A stretch of DNA of 64,000 bases, from assembly GCA_019056805.1 (NCBI GenBank), contig DXJG01000002.1:480515-544514 (forward strand), written 5' to 3'. The translations under genes were made by a program, and so were the position numbers. Below, one piece after another: positions 61,667 to 64,000 of the stretch (positions are counted from its first letter, which is position 1; the number at the start of each line of letters is the position of its first letter). The notes beneath the pieces were generated by a model. It was not told the DNA's origin. It ran no database searches and saw only the letters and a program-made list of their open reading frames with translations. The DNA comes from Candidatus Baldrarchaeota archaeon (lineage in GTDB: Archaea > Asgardarchaeota > Baldrarchaeia > Baldrarchaeales > DXJG01).

Positions 61667-62080
61667 AGCAACACCCCCATATTAACTGTGAAACTTTCAC
61701 ATTAAAACTCTTAATTAAAATTTTCTGGTGGTAATTCGGAGTTACAAAGAATAGATGATTCCAATAAGAACCGTCAAAATACTCGATTACAAACAATAAG
61801 TGTTATTTATTGTTTAAATAAATTTTAAAAGCCTCAGAGGCCATTTCACCTTTCAAAAGGTTAAACTTTGAATGATAAGTTTACATAAAATAAATACTTT
61901 ATCTAGATTAGAGCGAAAATACTCCTTTTCTCTTCATAGCTAATACGGTCTTCACCTTTTCAAGTACTTATGATATTAAGTTTAAGTGTGTTATATCATA
62001 GGTCACAGATATTTATAGTAGAGAATTATGATCGCAACTTTAAAATAGATAATGATATGCAAAGATTTCAGTGATTAACC

Positions 62081-62404
62081 ATGTCAATTGAGAACATCGC
62101 AAAACAACTAGAAGCTGAAGTAGATAACCTAGTAATAATGGACGAATCAGGTAATATACTAACAAGTAAAGGATCTCTTACTCTCGATCCCGATATAATA
62201 TCAACGATCGAAAATAAAGAACCTTCAGTAACACTTCAGGGAACAAAATATATCACCCTAACCGTGGAAGAAGACAGATATATAGCTTTAAACATACCAC
62301 AACAAGAATACTTCGCAGGAATTAAAGTAGAAGACAAATGGATTTTCTTCACCACAAAGGAGGATCCCAAAAACATAATAAACAAAATATGGAAATCCAT
62401 CTAA
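62081..62404 (+). CDS. profilin-like small protein (profilin/roadblock fold)
   Basis: LVIMDESGNILTSKG, DPDIISTIENK and VTLQGTKYITLTVEEDRYI parallel profilin's AAIVGHDGSVWAQS, KPEEITGIM and LGGTKYMVIQGEPGAVI blocks. There is a C-terminal helix. Confidence 0.4.
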   Translation: MSIENIAKQLEAEVDNLVIMDESGNILTSKGSLTLDPDIISTIENKEPSVTLQGTKYITLTVEEDRYIALNIPQQEYFAGIKVEDKWIFFTTKEDPKNIINKIWKSI

Positions 62405-62645
62405 CCCTCTTTTTCTATTAACTAAACAAAATAGCCCGACAAAACTTTAGATTGTACGAACCCCTAATTAACCTTCTTTTCACAGAAACAAAAATCCCTT
62501 AGTTGTATTTTGTAAAAAGAAAGATATATAAAATATAAAAGCAACAAAAATAAAACCAAAAATCAAATTAGCAAAATAATAATCAGATTCTTTTAGTGCA
62601 GTATCAAATCGGTCTGGAAGCTGATTGGTGGAGGGGATTATTTAC

Positions 62646-63374
62646 ATGTTGAATGAGAAGGTTAGAACTGGAATTAATGGTCTTGACGAGTTGCTCGGAG
62701 GTGGAATACCAAAGGGATCAACAGTTCTTATTACAGGGGAAGCAGGAACAGGGAAAACAACTCTAGCAGTGCAATATATAGTAAATGGAATAAAAATGTT
62801 CAATGAAAAAGGTCTCATAGTAGTAGCTGGAGAAGATGTCGAAACATTACAAAAATTTATGCTACAATTTGGATGGGATTTAAGACAATTTGAAAAGGAA
62901 GGAAAACTCGTATTGATAGATTTGACAAGCGTAAAAATTGGGATACCAGCGGATGTGAGATTCACAGAGTTTCAGCTTACAACAACCGACATAAAACAAC
63001 TGATATCGACAATATATAGGGCAGTAAAGCAAAATAATATAAAAAGAGTAGTAATAGACTCTGTACCCAATTTAGTTACGGAAACAAGTAGTGTAGAAGA
63101 TTTAAGAACTGCATTATTAATGCTATGTACCCTACTGGGAAGAATTGGCTGTACAACGTTGATAACAACGGAGATACCTGAGGGAGCAGAAAAATTAAGC
63201 ACATATGGAATGGAGGAATTCGTAGCATCAGGAATAATAAAATTGATGTTTAAAAAAGAAGGAAATAGATGGATAAGAAAAATACAAGTAAGAAAAATGA
63301 GAGGAACAAAACACAAATTAGAGGAACATGTATTTGAAATAGGAAAAGAAGGAATAAAAATATCAAACAAGTAA
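62646..63374 (+). CDS. single-domain KaiC/RadB-like RecA-fold ATPase
   Basis: GINGLDELLGGGIPKGSTVLITGEAGTGKTTLAVQY is the Walker A, and VVIDSV is Walker B. Confidence 0.7.
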   Translation: MLNEKVRTGINGLDELLGGGIPKGSTVLITGEAGTGKTTLAVQYIVNGIKMFNEKGLIVVAGEDVETLQKFMLQFGWDLRQFEKEGKLVLIDLTSVKIGIPADVRFTEFQLTTTDIKQLISTIYRAVKQNNIKRVVIDSVPNLVTETSSVEDLRTALLMLCTLLGRIGCTTLITTEIPEGAEKLSTYGMEEFVASGIIKLMFKKEGNRWIRKIQVRKMRGTKHKLEEHVFEIGKEGIKISNK

Positions 63375-63573
63375 CCTAAAATATTGAACTTTATTTTTAT
63401 CTATAAAATGAAATCTAAGATGCAAACTTCATAATAACGCATTAAAATTCTCTATTTTAGTTATAGGGGTAGAAGAAAAACGAAACAAAAATAGTAATAT
63501 TTATAACTACAAATAAGAATATTCCTTCTAACAAGATTTATGGCTATTCCATGTAGAATTTAGGTGTTTAACT

Positions 63574-64000
63574 TTGGGAATATTTGACGAGTTATATTTT
63601 TGGCTTGAAAGTCTCATATCTATCAATCCTTGGATATCTGCTACATTAATAGGATTTTTCAGTTCATTTGGAGTCTTCTTTTCCTTCGCACCCTCAATTG
63701 TACTATTCATAATTCTTTTTGCGCAGGGATACAACCCCTTATTCATTTCCATATGTGCAGGATTTGGATCTATGATGGGAGAATTGGCAAGCTACTACCT
63801 AGGCTACGTTGGTAAAAAAACCATAGATATTGCTTCAAACAAATTTTCCACAGACATAGAACTTTCACCGAAAATGAAAGACTTCTTCGCATGGCTAGAT
63901 AAAGTACTTTACACCATGGGAGAAGAAACGGTCTTCATATTTTCATTAACTCCTCTACCAGATGATCTACTTCTCATCTATTTAGGAGCCAAAAAATACC
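63574..64000 (+). CDS. DedA/VTT-domain-like membrane protein, 3' end beyond window
   Basis: An open TTG-initiated frame not in the ORF track (no stop). It reads LGIFDELYFWLESLISINPWISATLIGFF...GFGSMMGELASYYLGYVGKK...FSLTPLPDDLLLIYLGAKKY. Confidence 0.4.
   Translation, partial: MGIFDELYFWLESLISINPWISATLIGFFSSFGVFFSFAPSIVLFIILFAQGYNPLFISICAGFGSMMGELASYYLGYVGKKTIDIASNKFSTDIELSPKMKDFFAWLDKVLYTMGEETVFIFSLTPLPDDLLLIYLGAKKY

Noticed and set aside
63528-63815. Track ORFs 63528-63752 (-) and 63630-63815 (+)
   Set aside because: Both are in the wrong frame relative to an open TTG-initiated frame encoding a multi-TM DedA/VTT-like protein. That frame is invisible to the track because it has no stop in the window.
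1-64000. Search for tRNA, rRNA, CRISPR arrays, IS elements and integrases
   Set aside because: No GC-rich cloverleaf-like segments were seen. No GTTCGAATC-type T-arm strings and no 25-40-nt direct repeats with regular spacers were found. No transposase or integrase motifs were found.

Overview
This is an AT-rich archaeal chromosomal window encoding about 70 genes with short intergenic spacers, leaderless or GGAGG-type starts and frequent TTG/GTG start codons. No rRNA, tRNA, CRISPR array or transposase was found.

Housekeeping and metabolic genes:
- Type IA DNA topoisomerase with C-terminal zinc ribbons.
- tRNA synthetases: TrpRS, one full-length TyrRS with a non-canonical HIGH motif (HLGT), and a divergent disrupted TyrRS paralog.
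- IlvD, glycerate 2-kinase and a GlcD/GlcF-like FAD/Fe-S oxidase pair.
- ThyX, MoaB, MobB, UppP, HIT hydrolase and geranylgeranyl reductase.
- ADP-forming acetyl-CoA synthetase alpha subunit, NADH oxidase/CoA-disulfide reductase and a class V aminotransferase.
- LplA, a TldD/PmbA pair, M24 and M42 peptidases and a HAD hydrolase.
- A ChlI/ChlD-like chelatase pair.

The distinctive content is a dense set of eukaryote-signature-type proteins typical of Asgard archaea:
- Three Ras/Rab-like small GTPases, two in tandem with a gene-conversion tract and one translationally coupled to a TrmB-family regulator.
- A three-member family of longin-like proteins, one co-operonic with a KaiC-like ATPase and one upstream of the TrmB-GTPase pair.
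- A Roadblock/LC7 protein, a V4R (Bet3/TRAPP-fold) protein beside the tandem GTPases, and a profilin-like small protein next to a KaiC/RadB-like ATPase.

Other notable features:
- A free-standing two-motif LAGLIDADG protein fused to AbrB-like and winged-helix domains.
- A TyrRS pseudogene interrupted at a GC-rich 16-bp palindrome.
- A candidate C/D box sRNA.
- A triple-operator heat-shock-like promoter (wHTH regulator / Hsp20).
- A possible split lipoate ligase.
- Several zinc-ribbon proteins.
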